A stretch of DNA of 64,000 bases. Source: an uncultured cyanobacterium. Lineage in GTDB: Bacteria; Cyanobacteriota; Cyanobacteriia; Leptolyngbyales; Leptolyngbyaceae. Where the stretch lies: assembly GCA_963766075.1 (NCBI GenBank), contig CAVYAN010000041.1, positions 1 to 64,000 of the forward strand, written 5' to 3'. The translations under genes were made by a program, and so were the position numbers. This document shows, one piece after another, positions 42,601 through 54,131 of this stretch. Each line of letters starts with the position of its first letter. Within the stretch, counting starts at the first letter, position 1. Below the pieces are notes generated by a model. The model did no database searches, was not told the DNA's origin, and was given only the letters and a program-made list of their open reading frames with translations.

Positions 42601-45600
42601 CTGCATCAATTTGGTGAGCAGGTTTTCTAAGACAATTTCTTCTGAGATCGCTTGAGCCGCCCTAAATACTGAGGTGATGTCTAGGGATTGATTCAGTAAC
42701 ATCGTGCTGTTGCCTGAGGCGGCTATATAGGGCCTATTTTGCAGGATAGATATCAGTAAGTGAGGATAGCGTTGTTCTAAATCATTGGTTTTGGCTTTGG
42801 CGTCCCAGCGGGCATAACCGTAGTGGGCTTCTTGCATATAGCCTGCCGCGATTTTTTCCTTTCCCCATCCCAAATAGAACTTGGCCGCGAGCTCGTTAGC
42901 TAAAGCCTCTTCCTGAACATAACCGTTTTCTTTGGCTCCCGAAATGGCGCGATCGTACCAATCTCCAGCTTCATAATTCTTTCCTAAAACCCGGAGTTTT
43001 TCTGCCTCTACTAAATCAAATTTATGTTGATAATTCATCGGAGCGTGATGTCCCCAATGCTGTAACCTTGTTTGGTTTTCTGCAACTCGCTCTAACACCT
43101 CTAATGCCCGATCTGACTGTTGATTCAATTGTGCTAGAGCGATCAAAGAATCATACAAATAAAATGCTGGCTCACCAATTGTTCCCATGCCCCCCATAAA
43201 ATAGTTTCTGCACTCAAGTGCATAGCTATTAGCCGATTCAATTTCTCCAAACAAAAAGCAAAGAGTCAACTTATATGAATAGAAAACATATAATCCATAT
43301 AAATCATTAGTAGATTGCAACAGAGGAAGAAATTCTGTCTCTTGGAAAGCCAAGCCAGTCAGAATGGTCGGATCTTGTTCAAGATCTAATAAATTTAAAG
43401 TCACTTGCCAATGGATCAGACAGTAATTAGCTGTTCCCAATTGATTCAATTGGACTAAAGCATTATAGTAAGTGCGCGTATCTTGCTCCAAGTTACCAAG
43501 GGGCTGACCACACCAAAAAGAATTCCGACAGAAATTCTGGCCATTATATCCGGCGAACTCTGGGTTTCCAACTTCTAGCCCAAGTGTATACCCCTCTCTC
43601 AAGAGGGGTAATGTTTCTTTGATGTGAGATTTGCGATGGAGAATAAAACAACTCACGAGGAAAAATACTTCAGGCTTAACGGCTTTATCATCAAATTTTG
43701 AAGCCAAATTCCACGCCAACCGCCCAAACTGTTCAGCCAAATCAATATTTTGCGATATATTACAGAGAATTAGACTATAGCAAGCGTAGTTACCAGCGGA
43801 AATAGATATATTGCCGTGCTTTAGAGATAATTTGACTAATAAGCTAGCTAGTAATGGATACAAAAGAGAGCCACTCGTGAAAGCGGCTGACAGGATGCTG
43901 CTGGCAATCTGAACAATGGCAATTTTGCTTGCTTCTGTCATGACAGGAAGGGAGATATAATCTTCAATCTTTCTGTCGCCGATTAGTTCGCTAATATCTT
44001 GAATGGACTGTTGGATATCTTCTAGCGTGGGTAATTCGGGTATTGTTACATCTAGCTTTTGTAGTATCTGCTTACCGAGTGTAATCACTTCAGTGAGTTT
44101 GCGCTGGGAGGTCTTTGCTTGGATTCTAAAGCGGTAAACATTGATCTGTTCCAGCAAGGAATGTGCCTGTTCAATGACAATGTCAATAAACCGCTCCATT
44201 GCCTCAAAATTACCGTTTAGCATAGATACTTCCGCCGCTAATTCATGGAAGACAAGGCTGATTGCATACTGCCGTTGCCAAGTATTTTCTCCCAGCAGTA
44301 ATAATCCCGCTGAGGCATATTCACATGCTGCTTGATAGGCCGTAGCAGTTCTGGCTTTGCGACAGGCGAGGAGGTTAAGCTGTGCAAGTTCATCTCGTTC
44401 AGATTGTTGGGGAATTAGCGCCGTCCCATAATTTAATTGATTCACTAGTAGAAAAATTTTCTCTTCCCTGGCGGCTGGGGAAATTTGTTGCAGGAGCAGT
44501 TGTCCGATTTGGTAATGAGTCGTGTATTTTTTATCCTCAGGAATCAGAGAATCGGCGGCTTGCTGGACGCGATCGTGCAAGAAACGATACGCACAGGAAC
44601 CAGAATTCACCCTCCAGAATTCAGACAAATTGTCACTTCCGTCTCCTGTCTCCCGTCTCCCGTCTCCCGTCCCCCGTCTCCCATCTCTTGGCCCCTCCTG
44701 AAAAAACTTATAGATTTGATTCAAGGGAATGATTAGCCCTTCTTGCAACGCCCGCCATAATGCCGTTGCCGTAGCGATCTCCGACTGCTCTGAGACGATC
44801 GCCAAAGTCTTCAAATCAAATTGGTTACCCATACACGCCGCCAACTTCAACACCTCCTGCGTCTCGATTGGCAATTTCTGCAACTGGAGCGCCATGAACT
44901 CTACAACATCATCGGTCAAGGTCAACTGCCGCACTGATGTCAGGTCACATTGCCAGTAGCCCAAATCCGGTTGGAACTGAATCCAACCATCCCCATGGAG
45001 GGCCTTGAGCAACTGAGTGGTGAAAAAGGGATTTCCTTGGGTCTTCTGATAGACCAATTCGGTCAAGGGTTGAGCCAGTGGGTGAGTGCAACTCAGGGTA
45101 TCTGCCACTAAGTGATTCACCGTCGGTTCTGCTAAGGGGGCAAGGGTAATGGTCTGAACGGTTGCTTTGGCTTTCTGAATCTGTTCCAGCGTCAGCATCA
45201 AGGGATGAGCGGGAAACACTTCATTGTCTCGATAGGCCCCTAGAATCAGTAAATAGCCTGAACTGGCCTGACTCATCAATACATTGAGTAAGTTCAGAGA
45301 GGCCGAATCCGCCCATTGCAAATCATCCAGAAACATAACTAGGGGATGCTCCGGAGTGGTGAAGACCTGGATAAATTTTTGGAACAGTAAATTGAAGCGA
45401 TTTTGAGATGCATTTCCAGACAGTTCTGGCACAGTTGGCTGTCGCTCAATAATCAGTTCTAGTTCCGGAATCACCGCCACGATCACTTGTCCGGTTTCAC
45501 CCAGAGCGGCAAGAATCTTAGCCTTCCAGGCGGCCAGTTGGGCATCGCTCTCACTGAGCAGTTGTCCCATTAAATCGCGGAAGGCTTGCACAAAAGCGGA

Positions 45601-46710
45601 AAAGGGAAGATCGCGATTGAATTGGTCAAACTTGCCTTTGATAAAATAACCCCGTTGCCGAACGATAGGTTTATGGACTTCGTTGATCACGGCTGTTTTG
45701 CCAATCCCAGAAAATCCGGCCACGAGTAACAATTCATTGACACCTGCACTCACCCGGTTAAAGGCACTCAGCAGCTCCATGACTTCCGGTTCTCGCCCAT
45801 AGAGTCGTTCGGGAATCAGGAAGCGATCGCTGACATCCTGCTGCCCTAAAGCAAACCAAATCGGTTGACCTGTGGCCTGGAGTTGTTCCAGGCATATGGC
45901 TAAATCATGTTGCAGGCCCAAGGGACTCTGGTAGCGGTCTTCGGCATTTTTAGCCATCAGTTTCGCTACGATTTCGGAGAGGATAGGCGGCACCGCTGGA
46001 TTCAGACTGTGCACCGCTGGCGGTTGCCGGGTCAAGTGGCAGTGGAGCAGTTCCATGGGGTCATCGGCTTGGAAGGGCAGTTGTCCGGTCAATAGTTCAA
46101 ATAGCGTGACGCCCAAAGCATAAAAATCACCGCGGTAGTCAATTCCCCGATTCATTCGCCCGGTTTGTTCTGGGGCCATGTAGGCCAGCGAGCCTTCTAA
46201 GACATCGGGGTTTTGAATTTCCTGGGTTTCTCGGGGGAGCAGTGAGGACATGGAAAAGTCAATGAGCTTCACCTGTTTCGTTTCCGGATGAATCAGGATA
46301 TTGGCTGGTTTAATGTCTTTGTGGATGACGCGGTTTTTGGATAGGCCATGCAGGATGGTGGTGAGTTGCAGGGCGATCGCCAATACTTCCCGCACGCTCA
46401 AGGACTGATCAGCCTGGTAATCGGCGAGGGAACGACTGCCGTCATCTGGCATTACCAAGGCAAACCCGTGTCCAGCGGGAACTAGGTCGAGGGGCTGCAC
46501 CACATTGGCCAAAGGCAGGTTTTTGGCGATCGTGTAATGGTTTCGCAGCCGCAGCAAATCATGCAAAGTCGGGAAATTGTCTTTTAACAACTTCAACACC
46601 ACAGGATGCGCATCGGCCAGACGCGTGCCCCGATAGACCAAGGTTCTGGCACCGCGATACAGCAGTTGACTGGGACGATAACCTTCGATAGCGGGAAAAT
46701 CGGTGTCCAT
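39643..46710 (-). CDS. Hybrid Ser/Thr kinase - AAA ATPase - GAF - 4xPAS - histidine kinase
   Basis: [11 protein letters not shown], Walker [19 protein letters not shown] (LYLEN..F), four PAS/PAC units, AHELRNP and DNGCG..FFTTK..GTGLGL. Confidence 0.93.
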   Translation of the reverse strand: MDTDFPAIEGYRPSQLLYRGARTLVYRGTRLADAHPVVLKLLKDNFPTLHDLLRLRNHYTIAKNLPLANVVQPLDLVPAGHGFALVMPDDGSRSLADYQADQSLSVREVLAIALQLTTILHGLSKNRVIHKDIKPANILIHPETKQVKLIDFSMSSLLPRETQEIQNPDVLEGSLAYMAPEQTGRMNRGIDYRGDFYALGVTLFELLTGQLPFQADDPMELLHCHLTRQPPAVHSLNPAVPPILSEIVAKLMAKNAEDRYQSPLGLQHDLAICLEQLQATGQPIWFALGQQDVSDRFLIPERLYGREPEVMELLSAFNRVSAGVNELLLVAGFSGIGKTAVINEVHKPIVRQRGYFIKGKFDQFNRDLPFSAFVQAFRDLMGQLLSESDAQLAAWKAKILAALGETGQVIVAVIPELELIIERQPTVPELSGNASQNRFNLLFQKFIQVFTTPEHPLVMFLDDLQWADSASLNLLNVLMSQASSGYLLILGAYRDNEVFPAHPLMLTLEQIQKAKATVQTITLAPLAEPTVNHLVADTLSCTHPLAQPLTELVYQKTQGNPFFTTQLLKALHGDGWIQFQPDLGYWQCDLTSVRQLTLTDDVVEFMALQLQKLPIETQEVLKLAACMGNQFDLKTLAIVSEQSEIATATALWRALQEGLIIPLNQIYKFFQEGPRDGRRGTGDGRRETGDGSDNLSEFWRVNSGSCAYRFLHDRVQQAADSLIPEDKKYTTHYQIGQLLLQQISPAAREEKIFLLVNQLNYGTALIPQQSERDELAQLNLLACRKARTATAYQAACEYASAGLLLLGENTWQRQYAISLVFHELAAEVSMLNGNFEAMERFIDIVIEQAHSLLEQINVYRFRIQAKTSQRKLTEVITLGKQILQKLDVTIPELPTLEDIQQSIQDISELIGDRKIEDYISLPVMTEASKIAIVQIASSILSAAFTSGSLLYPLLASLLVKLSLKHGNISISAGNYACYSLILCNISQNIDLAEQFGRLAWNLASKFDDKAVKPEVFFLVSCFILHRKSHIKETLPLLREGYTLGLEVGNPEFAGYNGQNFCRNSFWCGQPLGNLEQDTRTYYNALVQLNQLGTANYCLIHWQVTLNLLDLEQDPTILTGLAFQETEFLPLLQSTNDLYGLYVFYSYKLTLCFLFGEIESANSYALECRNYFMGGMGTIGEPAFYLYDSLIALAQLNQQSDRALEVLERVAENQTRLQHWGHHAPMNYQHKFDLVEAEKLRVLGKNYEAGDWYDRAISGAKENGYVQEEALANELAAKFYLGWGKEKIAAGYMQEAHYGYARWDAKAKTNDLEQRYPHLLISILQNRPYIAASGNSTMLLNQSLDITSVFRAAQAISEEIVLENLLTKLMQVILATAGATKGILLLPNNNQMSLVAMIAHDSDQAVLLPFLPMELSQELPLTIVNAVRHHREPLILDDPQATGPFVVDPYWQHHPIRAALCMPLLKQGRLIGILYLENQLTAGAFTRDRIEILTLLCTQAAISLENAQLYQQSQQSLEALRSSEVRFQTISDNLPGVIVQICINPDDGSSFTSYISSGCHDLYEVTAEAIILGQYCLRDFEHPDDRSRIAQAIRQSAENLVPFRQEFRIMTLSGKVKWVQVASQPKRQANGWVIWDGVLMEISDRKQAEFALRDSEERFRATFEQAAVGILEMDTHGNIVRMNQKFCDIVGYSEAALSFKHISGITHPDDLANNKAHVIRLLAGETSSFAMEKRYIHANGSIVWVNLFASLVRDVSGEPEYFIGVVQDITDRKRSEAERDQAEQALRFSESQYHMLAQIAPVGIFRTNLQGDCIYANERWCQIAGFTMKAALGQGWSSAIHPDDRERVFAEWYQAAQSNRRFQTECRFQHAVTGQIAWVLAQAIAEHDPEGTIIGYVGTVTDITDRKAAEAALTESENKFRRLVEGANDMIWAAQADSTLTYLSPQFQTMFGLSPSEWIGQSFAKLIHPDDLDRAIAPARVSLERGEKQQNVEFRHLCRDGSYLWVTVNMTPIKDAEGNAIGLQGIVRDISDRKAAEVQLQQQAHQLEVANQQLANYSQTLEHRVEERTVELKTAQERIIAQEKLASLGTLTAGIAHELRNPLNFVKNYAEGSIELTQDLLDALQPITPAQDPETAALIAILISDLQENAATICHHSQRASHIIASMMQHARTDDGRTNPQPILLHDLLNQAAQLSYRSKRAQDDTFHLTIYTHYDAAVTVVNVIPSALTRAFINLIDNACDAMRMKQHQLATATAQTTADYTPTLVISTQQAGEQVEIRIHDNGCGIPPLIQAKIFDPFFTTKPPGAGTGLGLSITHDIIVQQHQGTLAIHSNFSEFTEVIVVLTTTKIHNPIAI
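44639..44687. repeat. Heptamer tandem repeat (CCGTCTC x7, STRR-like) inside the kinase gene
   Basis: ccgtctc ctgtctc ccgtctc ccgtctc ccgtccc ccgtctc ccatctc, translated as [17 protein letters not shown]. Confidence 0.85.
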
Positions 46711-47075
46711 AATTCCTGACTCTGTGCTGTCCTTCTATACTGCCATTCCATGGGGCCTGAGCTGTTCTGATTCAGCTTTTCGGCTTAGGCCCAGAGCGGC
46801 CCAATTGGGACCAAAATACTGGAGTCTCGGTTGAGACTGTACCCCATCGCTGATTTTTCAGCTTCCAAATGCGTTGCCCAGCTTCTCAACTCGGTCCGGT
46901 GGAACGCGCCGCACGGGGTTCCGGGTGTTGCCTGAATCCTTCGCTCGGATTACCAGCCAATGCGGCATAATGAGAAAGTTTTCTAGTGGCTCAGGCCGCA
47001 TTCCCATGGGGGGCAACTCCCCTGTGATCGCCAGACACATTCTTTTCTTCGTTCCTTTCAGCCAGTCCAGAACCT

Positions 47076-48864
47076 ATGCGCACCCACTACTGCGGCGATG
47101 TCCGAGCCGAACATATTGGTAAATCCGTCACCCTATTTGGCTGGGTCGATCGCCGCCGGGATCATGGGGGAGTCGTGTTTGTGGACCTGCGCGATCGCAC
47201 GGGCATCGTCCAAATTGTCAGCGATCCCGAACGCACCCCCACCTCCTATGCCCAGGCGGAAAGCTTGCGCAATGAGTATGTGGTTAAAATCTCTGGACGG
47301 GTTACCCAGCGGCCCGACGACTCGTTGAACCCTCGGTTGGGGACGGGCGAAATCGAGATCTACGCCGATCGCGATCGAAATTCTCAGTGCGGTGCGCAAG
47401 CAACTGCCCTTTCAGGTGTCCACTGCTGACACGGAAACCGTGCGAGAAGAACTGCGCCTCAAGTATCGCTACCTGGATCTGCGGCGGGAACGCATGGCCA
47501 AAAATTTGCAATTGCGCCACGCCCTCATGAAGACCATTCGCCGCTATCTGGAAGACCAGGAAGGCTTTATGGAAGTGGAAACCCCCATTCTGACTAAGTC
47601 TACCCCAGAGGGAGCGCGGGATTACTTGGTGCCGTCCCGCGTTAACCCTGGCGAATGGTACGCCCTGCCCCAGTCGCCGCAGTTGTTTAAGCAATTGCTA
47701 ATGGTGGCGGGGTGCGATCGCTACTATCAAATTGCCCGTTGTTTCCGGGATGAAGACCTGCGGGCCGAACGTCAGCCGGAATTTACCCAACTGGACATGG
47801 AAATGAGCTTCATGACCCAGGACGAAATTCTGGATTTGAACGAGGGCCTGATCTGCCATATTCTGAAAACTTTTAAAGGCGTGGATTTGCCCCGGCCTTT
47901 CCCGCGCCTCACCTACGCCGAGGCCATGGATAGGTACGGCTGTGACAAACCCGATACCCGCTTTGGTTTGGAGTTGGTTGATGTGTCCGATGTGCTGAAG
48001 GACTCCGGGTTTAAGGTGTTTGCGGACACCGTGGCCAAGGGTGGAATTATTAAAATTTTGCCGATTCCCGGTGGTAATGAGGCCATTTCCAATGTGCGGA
48101 TTAAACCAGGTGGCGATTTATTTAAGGAAGCTGCCGAGGCCGGAGCCAAAGGACTGGCTTACATTCGGGTGCGGGAAAATGGCGAAATTGACACCATTGG
48201 GGCCATCAAAGACAATCTCACCGCCGAGCAAAAACAGGAACTCCTGACCCGCACGGGTGCCGAAGCGGGCCACCTGCTTTTGTTTGCTGCTGCGGACGCC
48301 AATACCGTCAACAAAACCCTCGATCGCCTGCGCCAATGCCTGGGCAAAGAGCTGGGTCTGATCGATCCGGAGCAACTCAACCTGCTCTGGGTGACAGATT
48401 TTCCAATGTTTGAGTGGAATACCGACGAAAAACGCTGGGAAGCCCTTCACCACCCGTTTACGGCCCCCAATCCTGAAGATATAGCGGATCTGACTACGGC
48501 TCGGGCCTTGGCCTACGATATCGTCTATAACGGCTACGAAGCGGGCGGCGGCAGTGTGCGGATTTTCCAGCCTGATCTGCAAGCCCAAGTGTTTGCCACG
48601 ATTGGCCTTTCGGATGAAGAAGCGCAAGAAAAATTTGGCTTCTTCCTGGAAGCCTTTGAATACGGAGCCCCGCCCCATGGTGGGATTGCCTATGGGATTG
48701 ATCGTTGGGTGATGCTGCTGACGGGCGAAGAGTCCATCCGGGATGCAATCGCCTTCCCCAAAACCCAACAAGCCCGCTGTCCGCTAACCAATGCCCCTGC
48801 CGGTGTGGATGTGAAACAGTTAAAGGAATTGCATGTAGCCTCCACGGCCAAACCCAAGCCCTAG
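47076..48864 (+). CDS. aspS: Aspartate--tRNA ligase with an apparent +1 frameshift near 47370
   Basis: MRTHYCG..RRDHGG..DLRDR in one frame; [40 protein letters not shown] and [12 protein letters not shown] in the next. Confidence 0.95.
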
Positions 48865-49016
48865 CGCCCGTTGGCAGTCAGCAATCAATCGGCAAAAAGA
48901 AGACAGTGAAGAGCGGGGGTAAGGTCTGCGCGATCGCAGTCAGCTATAGGTCAGTCAGCGGTATGGCGGCTCAGTTACAATGGCGGCATACTAGCGAAAT
49001 CGCATTGCCACATCCT

Positions 49017-49577
49017 ATGGTTCAAGCCCAGCCGCGATTTTTGAGCTTTGAAGAGTATTTGGCCTACGATGACGGGTCAGATGTCTTGTATGAGCTGTTC
49101 AATGGAGAACTGATCCCCATGCCGCCTGAGTCCGGTGAAAATGCCGAAATTGCTAGCCTGCTCTTTTTGGCGTTTGTGGCAGTAGTTGGGTCGAAGCGGG
49201 TCCGGGGGCATGGGCTAGAACTAGAAGTGCGGGGAGAGCCCAAGAATCGCTACCCGGATTTGACGATTTTACGCGAGGAGCATGTGGCCTTATTGAAGCC
49301 ACGGAATACCATTCGGCTGATGATGCCGCCGCCGTTGCTGGTGGTGGAGGTGGTCAGTCCCGGCAAAATTCAGCGGGAGCGGGATTATACGCGATCGCAG
49401 TATCAGGATCTAGGCATTGGGGAGTATTGGTTGGTAGACCCACAGACTCAGGAGATTACGGTTTTAGCAATAGCCGCAACGGGATATCGCGACGTGGGCG
49501 TGTTTGCCGGGGATTGCTTGATCCTCTCCCCCAGCTTTCCCCGACTGGAGCTCATAGCCGGTCAGGTTTTTGCCTAG
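49017..49577 (+). CDS. Uma2 family putative endonuclease
   Basis: SFEEYL..YELFNGEL..MPP, RYPDL, LVVEVVSP and EYWLVDP. Confidence 0.88.
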   Translation: MVQAQPRFLSFEEYLAYDDGSDVLYELFNGELIPMPPESGENAEIASLLFLAFVAVVGSKRVRGHGLELEVRGEPKNRYPDLTILREEHVALLKPRNTIRLMMPPPLLVVEVVSPGKIQRERDYTRSQYQDLGIGEYWLVDPQTQEITVLAIAATGYRDVGVFAGDCLILSPSFPRLELIAGQVFA

Positions 49578-49837
49578 GTAGCCCGACGGGGCATGCCTTT
49601 AATTTTCCCTATAACTCCGAAAATCAGAGCCAACTGCCAAAACTTGTATTACAATATTACTTCTGTAGTACTTGAACTCTGGAAGATGGCGACGGCGATT
49701 TCTTCTATAGAGAGCTTTTATCCCCGTGATGTGGCCCAGGCAGTGCCACAGGCTAGAACGATGGTCTGATAGGGTCCGATATTAAGGGTCCAATATTACA
49801 GCGTGTTTCGGAATGGTCACGAACTCAGGGAGTCTTT

Positions 49838-51652
49838 ATGGCGAAGTTTACTGACATTCTCCGCTACTACCGACACTATCTGCCCATTACGGTATTTAGT
49901 GTGGCAGCGATGAGTGCGTTTGAAATTATTGATTTATTTGGTCCCTATGCGATCGGACAGATTTTGAATGTATTGTCGGGGCAGGCGATCGATGCCCCTT
50001 TGCAAGCCCTAACCCAAACGTTGGCAAACCTAACGGGGCAGACTGTCAGTGCCAATTTTTCGCTGATTGTGCTGCTCGTGCTCGTGTGTCTTGTCTCTGT
50101 GGGGCGCGCGCCGATTCAGCCCTGGTTAGGTCCATGGTTTAACTGGGATGCAGCCTTTCGGGCACGGCGAGAGCATGCCCAAAAAGCGTTGGAAAAAGTG
50201 TTGACTCTGCCGCTGGAGTTTTATGACGAGAATAATCCCGGACGGATTGCGGCGCGGGTGGCTAAGGGATTGTCGAATCACACCTGGACCTATCCAGAGG
50301 TGACGGGACAGTTGTTTCCCAAATTCTTTCGAGTGGTTGGTATTTTTGTGGTGATTTGGCTGATTGATTGGCGCATTGCTATTTTATTGCTGGTGTCGTT
50401 TATCGGCATTCTGTGGATGGATCTGGCGGGTCTGAAGGCGATCGCCCAGCGGGAAGAACGCCTGGATAAATACATGGAGGACACTGAAAGTCGCAATTCT
50501 GAAATCATCACCAACATCAAAACCGTCAAAGCATTTGCCACAGAGGCGGAAGAGTTAAAGCGCCAAACCACGCGGCTGGAGCGGGAGTTCAAGGTGCTGG
50601 ACTATCGTATCCATATGGATTACGTCAAGTTGGGGACCTATGAACGGACCATTGTCCAAACCTGCACATTTTTGGTGCTGGCTTTAACCCTGTGGGCGAC
50701 GGCAGCGGGCCGGATTTCCCTGGGACATTTTGTCACCACGCTGACGATTTCCAGCATGGCCTATGCCGAGGTGGAGCCGATTTGCAACATTGCTGAACAC
50801 TTTGCCAAACGCTATGCCTCGATGATTCGGTTTCACCAGTTTATGCAATTGCCCGTCGGGCAGGATGCGGGCAGTTTGGTGGTGGATGCCAAGGCACCCG
50901 CCTACGAATTCACCGGCAAGGTGCATTTTGACCATGTGCGGTTTAGCTACAATCCGGGTCGGCCTGTGTTGCAGGACATTAATCTGCTGATTGAACCTCG
51001 GCAAACGGTAGCCCTAGTGGGGCGATCGGGTTCGGGGAAATCAACCTTGGTGAAGTTGCTGTTCCGCTATTTTGAAGCGGAGTCAGGCAGTATTCTGATC
51101 GATGGTCAAGATATTCGCCGTTTGGATGTGACGGGCTATCGCAAACGATTGGCGATCGTGCACCAGGAGGTGGATGTGTTCAACGGTACCTTGATGGATA
51201 ACCTGCTCTATGGCAATCCCCAGGCCACTTTGGAGCAGGTGAAGGAAGCCTGCCAGATTGCGCAAGCGGATGAATTTATTCAGCACTTACCCGATGGCTA
51301 CGGGACGATTGTTGGTGAGCGTGGGGTACGGCTATCGGGTGGCCAACGGCAGCGTTTGGGGATTGCCAGGGCGCTGATTATGAATCCTGATGTCCTGATC
51401 TTTGATGAGGCGACATCGAGTTTGGACTATGAATCGGAACGGGCGATTCAGTTGGCCATGCGATCGCTGCTGGGTACCCGCACCCTGATCATCATTGCCC
51501 ACCGTTTGAGTACTGTGCGCGAAGCTGACCAAATTGTGGTTCTTGATCAAGGTCGCATCCTAGAGGTGGGCAATCACGAGCAACTGCTAACCCAGGGAGG
51601 GATTTATCAACGCTTGCACTCCCTGCAAGAAACGGGTGAACTACTAGCCTAA
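49838..51652 (+). CDS. ABC exporter (fused permease and ATPase)
   Basis: TM domain, GRSGSGKS, LSGGQRQR, FDEATS, IAHRLST. Confidence 0.93.
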   Translation: MAKFTDILRYYRHYLPITVFSVAAMSAFEIIDLFGPYAIGQILNVLSGQAIDAPLQALTQTLANLTGQTVSANFSLIVLLVLVCLVSVGRAPIQPWLGPWFNWDAAFRARREHAQKALEKVLTLPLEFYDENNPGRIAARVAKGLSNHTWTYPEVTGQLFPKFFRVVGIFVVIWLIDWRIAILLLVSFIGILWMDLAGLKAIAQREERLDKYMEDTESRNSEIITNIKTVKAFATEAEELKRQTTRLEREFKVLDYRIHMDYVKLGTYERTIVQTCTFLVLALTLWATAAGRISLGHFVTTLTISSMAYAEVEPICNIAEHFAKRYASMIRFHQFMQLPVGQDAGSLVVDAKAPAYEFTGKVHFDHVRFSYNPGRPVLQDINLLIEPRQTVALVGRSGSGKSTLVKLLFRYFEAESGSILIDGQDIRRLDVTGYRKRLAIVHQEVDVFNGTLMDNLLYGNPQATLEQVKEACQIAQADEFIQHLPDGYGTIVGERGVRLSGGQRQRLGIARALIMNPDVLIFDEATSSLDYESERAIQLAMRSLLGTRTLIIIAHRLSTVREADQIVVLDQGRILEVGNHEQLLTQGGIYQRLHSLQETGELLA

Positions 51653-51682
51653 ACTTAAGCTAATCCCCGTGGAGTGGGTGAA

Positions 51683-51724
51683 TAAACCGAGTTCCTCGGG
51701 CCTTGGCTTGAGGAACTCGGTTTA
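51683..51724. terminator. Strong hairpin after the ABC gene (terminator or REP)
   Basis: TAAACCGAGTTCCTC and GAGGAACTCGGTTTA form a 15 bp inverted repeat. Confidence 0.65.
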
Positions 51725-51852
51725 AAAGGGCTTTGTTGCATAAGTCAAAAAGAGACGCGTTGCGGATGTGGTATTGAGCTTTCATAGCAGGTTTTTGTAT
51801 GGTAACTGAAATTTACCATGCCTCTCCCGCACCCAATCCTTCTTTCATACAA

Positions 51853-51963
51853 CAACGCCTGTTACAAGTGAAGGTAGCGAATCCAGTGCAATGGCTTTTG
51901 GAGGTGATGACTGATGCAAACCCATCAGTTGAGTCCGGCGCAATTGCGGCAGATCGGTATTGA
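51853..51963 (+). pseudogene. 3' remnant of a PIN-type toxin gene
   Basis: Reads QRLLQVKVANPVQWLLEV, resembling the C-terminus of PIN proteins that precede this antitoxin type; no start or 5' part. Confidence 0.4.
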
Positions 51964-52117
51964 GGCTTTGGTGCAGGCGTTGGGTGCGGTGGGGATGGCG
52001 CGGTTTTTGCAGCAGTTTGAGCGGGGCAGCGGGGACTACACCCGCGATCGCCATACGGTTTTAGCTGACATTAACTTGGAAGCGGCGATCACTCAAATTA
52101 AGCAATCCCGAGAGTGA
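51914..52117 (+). CDS. Small putative antitoxin
   Basis: IGIEALVQALGAVGMARFLQQFERGSGDYTRDRH motif; GGAGG RBS. Confidence 0.65.
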   Translation: MQTHQLSPAQLRQIGIEALVQALGAVGMARFLQQFERGSGDYTRDRHTVLADINLEAAITQIKQSRE

Positions 52118-52127
52118 ACAGGTAAAC

Positions 52128-52215
52128 GTAAAAAGACGTGCTGGGAGTTGGGATGAAGGTCAGTCAGGAGATTGACTAGGCGAGGAGAGAGATTATGGTC
52201 AAACAGAAGTTTCCT
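52128..52215 (-). pseudogene. 5' remnant of a DUF5615 toxin
   Basis: Minus strand reads (AGG)KLLFDHNLSPRLVNLLTDLHPNSQHVF; start codon lost and truncated. Confidence 0.65.
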
Positions 52216-52259
52216 GCCGCGCTTGTCAAGGTCTTTTGTTCGTGATGACCTCTGGTCGG

Positions 52260-52460
52260 TCATTGACCATCGGCGGCATAGGCGAGGCAGGCGAGAATAT
52301 CGGTGGGGGTGAGGTAGGGAAAATCGGCCAGGATTGCCTGGGGGTTCATGCCGGAGGCAAGGTAGGAGAGGACATCATAGACGGTGATGCGCATGGGGCG
52401 GGTGCAGGGTTTGCCGCTACGTTTGTCCGGTTCGAGGGTGATGATGTCTTGGTCGTTCAT
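52260..52460 (-). CDS. DUF433 antitoxin, slightly degenerate
   Basis: IITLEP.KRSGKPC.R.MRITVYDVL.YLASGM..ILADFPYLT..DI.ACL.YAAD. Confidence 0.8.
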   Translation of the reverse strand: MNDQDIITLEPDKRSGKPCTRPMRITVYDVLSYLASGMNPQAILADFPYLTPTDILACLAYAADGQ

Positions 52461-52576
52461 GGGGGGGAAGTGCGATCGCTTCTCATTTTAGTAAGGTGAT
52501 TCTCCGGTGGAGAGGCTGCGCCAACACTCCCAAAACCACGAGGCTTTTCGTGTCAGGTTGCCTATCTCTCAAGATA

Positions 52577-52649
52577 CAAGGGTTGGCACCGCCCACAATC
52601 AGTGAACCGTATCATGTTGGTAGCTTTGGTGGGCAATGCCCGCCCTGCA
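52577..52649. repeat. Inverted pair of degenerate GTAGGGTGGGCA..GCCCAC-type REP units
   Basis: CAAGGGTTGGCACCGCCCAC and GGTGGGCAATGCCCGCCCTGCA. Confidence 0.5.
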
Positions 52650-52783
52650 GAATTTCTACTCGCTGGACATCTTGTAACAGCGGAGTAATATAGCCGCAAC
52701 GCCAAATTCAAAAATTTAAACGGGGTCGAAGGCTTCCGCCATTGACCGAAATGGGAGCAGGGTGTTTCCTGTAGTTTGAGCTT

Positions 52784-53019
52784 TTGTCTAAACGCTGCTC
52801 ACGTACAGAAGCGCTGCTTTCCATGTTGGAGACCCATGAAGATTGCCTTGCTTGTTTGGAACAATTGCGCTGGCGGGGTACACCCACTTGTCCATACTGC
52901 GGAGAAATTAAAGCAACTTCGTATAAAAAAGAACATCGATACAGATGCAATGGCTGCTTTACTTCGTATAGTGTGACAGTCGGAACATTATTCCATAAAA
53001 CCCATGTGGACTTACATAC
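52784..53019 (+). pseudogene. IS1595-family zinc-ribbon transposase N-terminal fragment, cut by IS630
   Basis: CL..LEQLRW...TCPYCG..RYRCNGC...SVTVGTLFHKTH. Confidence 0.75.
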
Positions 53020-54131
53020 TACCCAGAGCGCCAAATAGTTAACATGGTAATGTAGCTATTCCAGGAAGAAGCCATGCAACTGAAAGATGCTCGACACCTA
53101 TCTCCAGATGCGCAAGAAGCCCTGCGTTATCGGGTGGTCAGTGCAATTGAGAATGGCATGAGCAAGTCAGAAGCGGCTAGGGTCTTCAGTGTTTCAAGAA
53201 CGGCTGTGCATCATTGGACGAAAGCCGTCAACGAACAAGGCCGTCGGGCATTGAAGGCGAAAAAGCGAGGGCGATGCAGCTCATCTCGGTTAGCCCCTCA
53301 CCAAGCGGCAACAACGGTTCGCCTCATTACCCAGAAGTGTCCAGAACAATTAGACTTGCCGTTTGCGTTGTGGACGCGCGAGGGAGTGCGCCAATTGATC
53401 GAGCAGCGCTATGGCATCTCGGTTTCGGTCTGGACGATTGGCCGGTATTTGAAACGATGGGGGCTGCCCCCTCAGAAACCGTTGCGACGAGCTTATGAGC
53501 AAGACCCCAAAGCGGTTAAACAGTGGTTAGAGGTGGATTACCCCGCGATTGTCAAGCTCGCAAAACAGGCGGGTGCCGAGATACACTGGGGTGATGAAAT
53601 GGGACTGCGCTCAGACGACCAAACCGGACGCTCCTATGGCAAGCGAGGGCAGACTCCGGTGATTCCTGGCACCGGACAACGATTTCGTTGCAATGTGATC
53701 TCAACGCTGAACAATCACGGCGCCCTGTACTTCAAGTTGTTCACACAAAACTTCAATGGCGACGTGATGCTGGACTTTTTGCGTCGCTTGATTGGGCAGA
53801 TTCCCCAAAAGGTATTTTTGATTGTGGACAAGCACCCGGTGCATCTTTCGGCGAAAGTCCATCGTTGGTTGGAGAAACATGCTGAGCGGATTCGGATGTT
53901 TTTGTTACCCTCCTATAGTCCAGAACTCAATCCTGACGAGTTGCTCAACCACGATGTCAAAGCGAATGCTGTGGGGCGAAAACGAGCGAAAACCAAGCGT
54001 GAGATGATGGAGAATATTCGTCATCATTTACGTCGTCGGCAACGACAACCAGAAATTGTAAGACGCTTCTTTCATGAAGAACATGTGACTTATGCGGCCT
54101 AAAAAGTGTTCACTATATCCTGCTCAGGTTA
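53020..54131 (+). mobile_element. IS630-family insertion sequence
   Basis: Imperfect 25 bp TIRs TACCCAGAGCGCCAAATAGTTAACA (53020-53044) and TGTTCACTATATCCTGCTCAGGTTA (54107-54131) match at 18/25; TA ends. Confidence 0.85.
53074..54102 (+). CDS. IS630 transposase
   Basis: HTH plus winged helix (LWT..V..LI), WGDEMG, IVDKHPVH, LPSYSPELNPDE. Confidence 0.93.
   Translation: MQLKDARHLSPDAQEALRYRVVSAIENGMSKSEAARVFSVSRTAVHHWTKAVNEQGRRALKAKKRGRCSSSRLAPHQAATTVRLITQKCPEQLDLPFALWTREGVRQLIEQRYGISVSVWTIGRYLKRWGLPPQKPLRRAYEQDPKAVKQWLEVDYPAIVKLAKQAGAEIHWGDEMGLRSDDQTGRSYGKRGQTPVIPGTGQRFRCNVISTLNNHGALYFKLFTQNFNGDVMLDFLRRLIGQIPQKVFLIVDKHPVHLSAKVHRWLEKHAERIRMFLLPSYSPELNPDELLNHDVKANAVGRKRAKTKREMMENIRHHLRRRQRQPEIVRRFFHEEHVTYAA

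Noticed and set aside
46800..47075. T-box or riboswitch upstream of aspS
   Set aside because: No T-box consensus or terminator/antiterminator recognised
47360..47400. Programmed frameshifting in aspS
   Set aside because: No slippery heptamer or stimulatory signal; many similar indels in the window favour sequence error
48705..49016. Long N-terminal extension of Uma2 overlapping aspS
   Set aside because: Overlaps the aspS 3' end and is not Uma2-like; ATG 49017 fits the family
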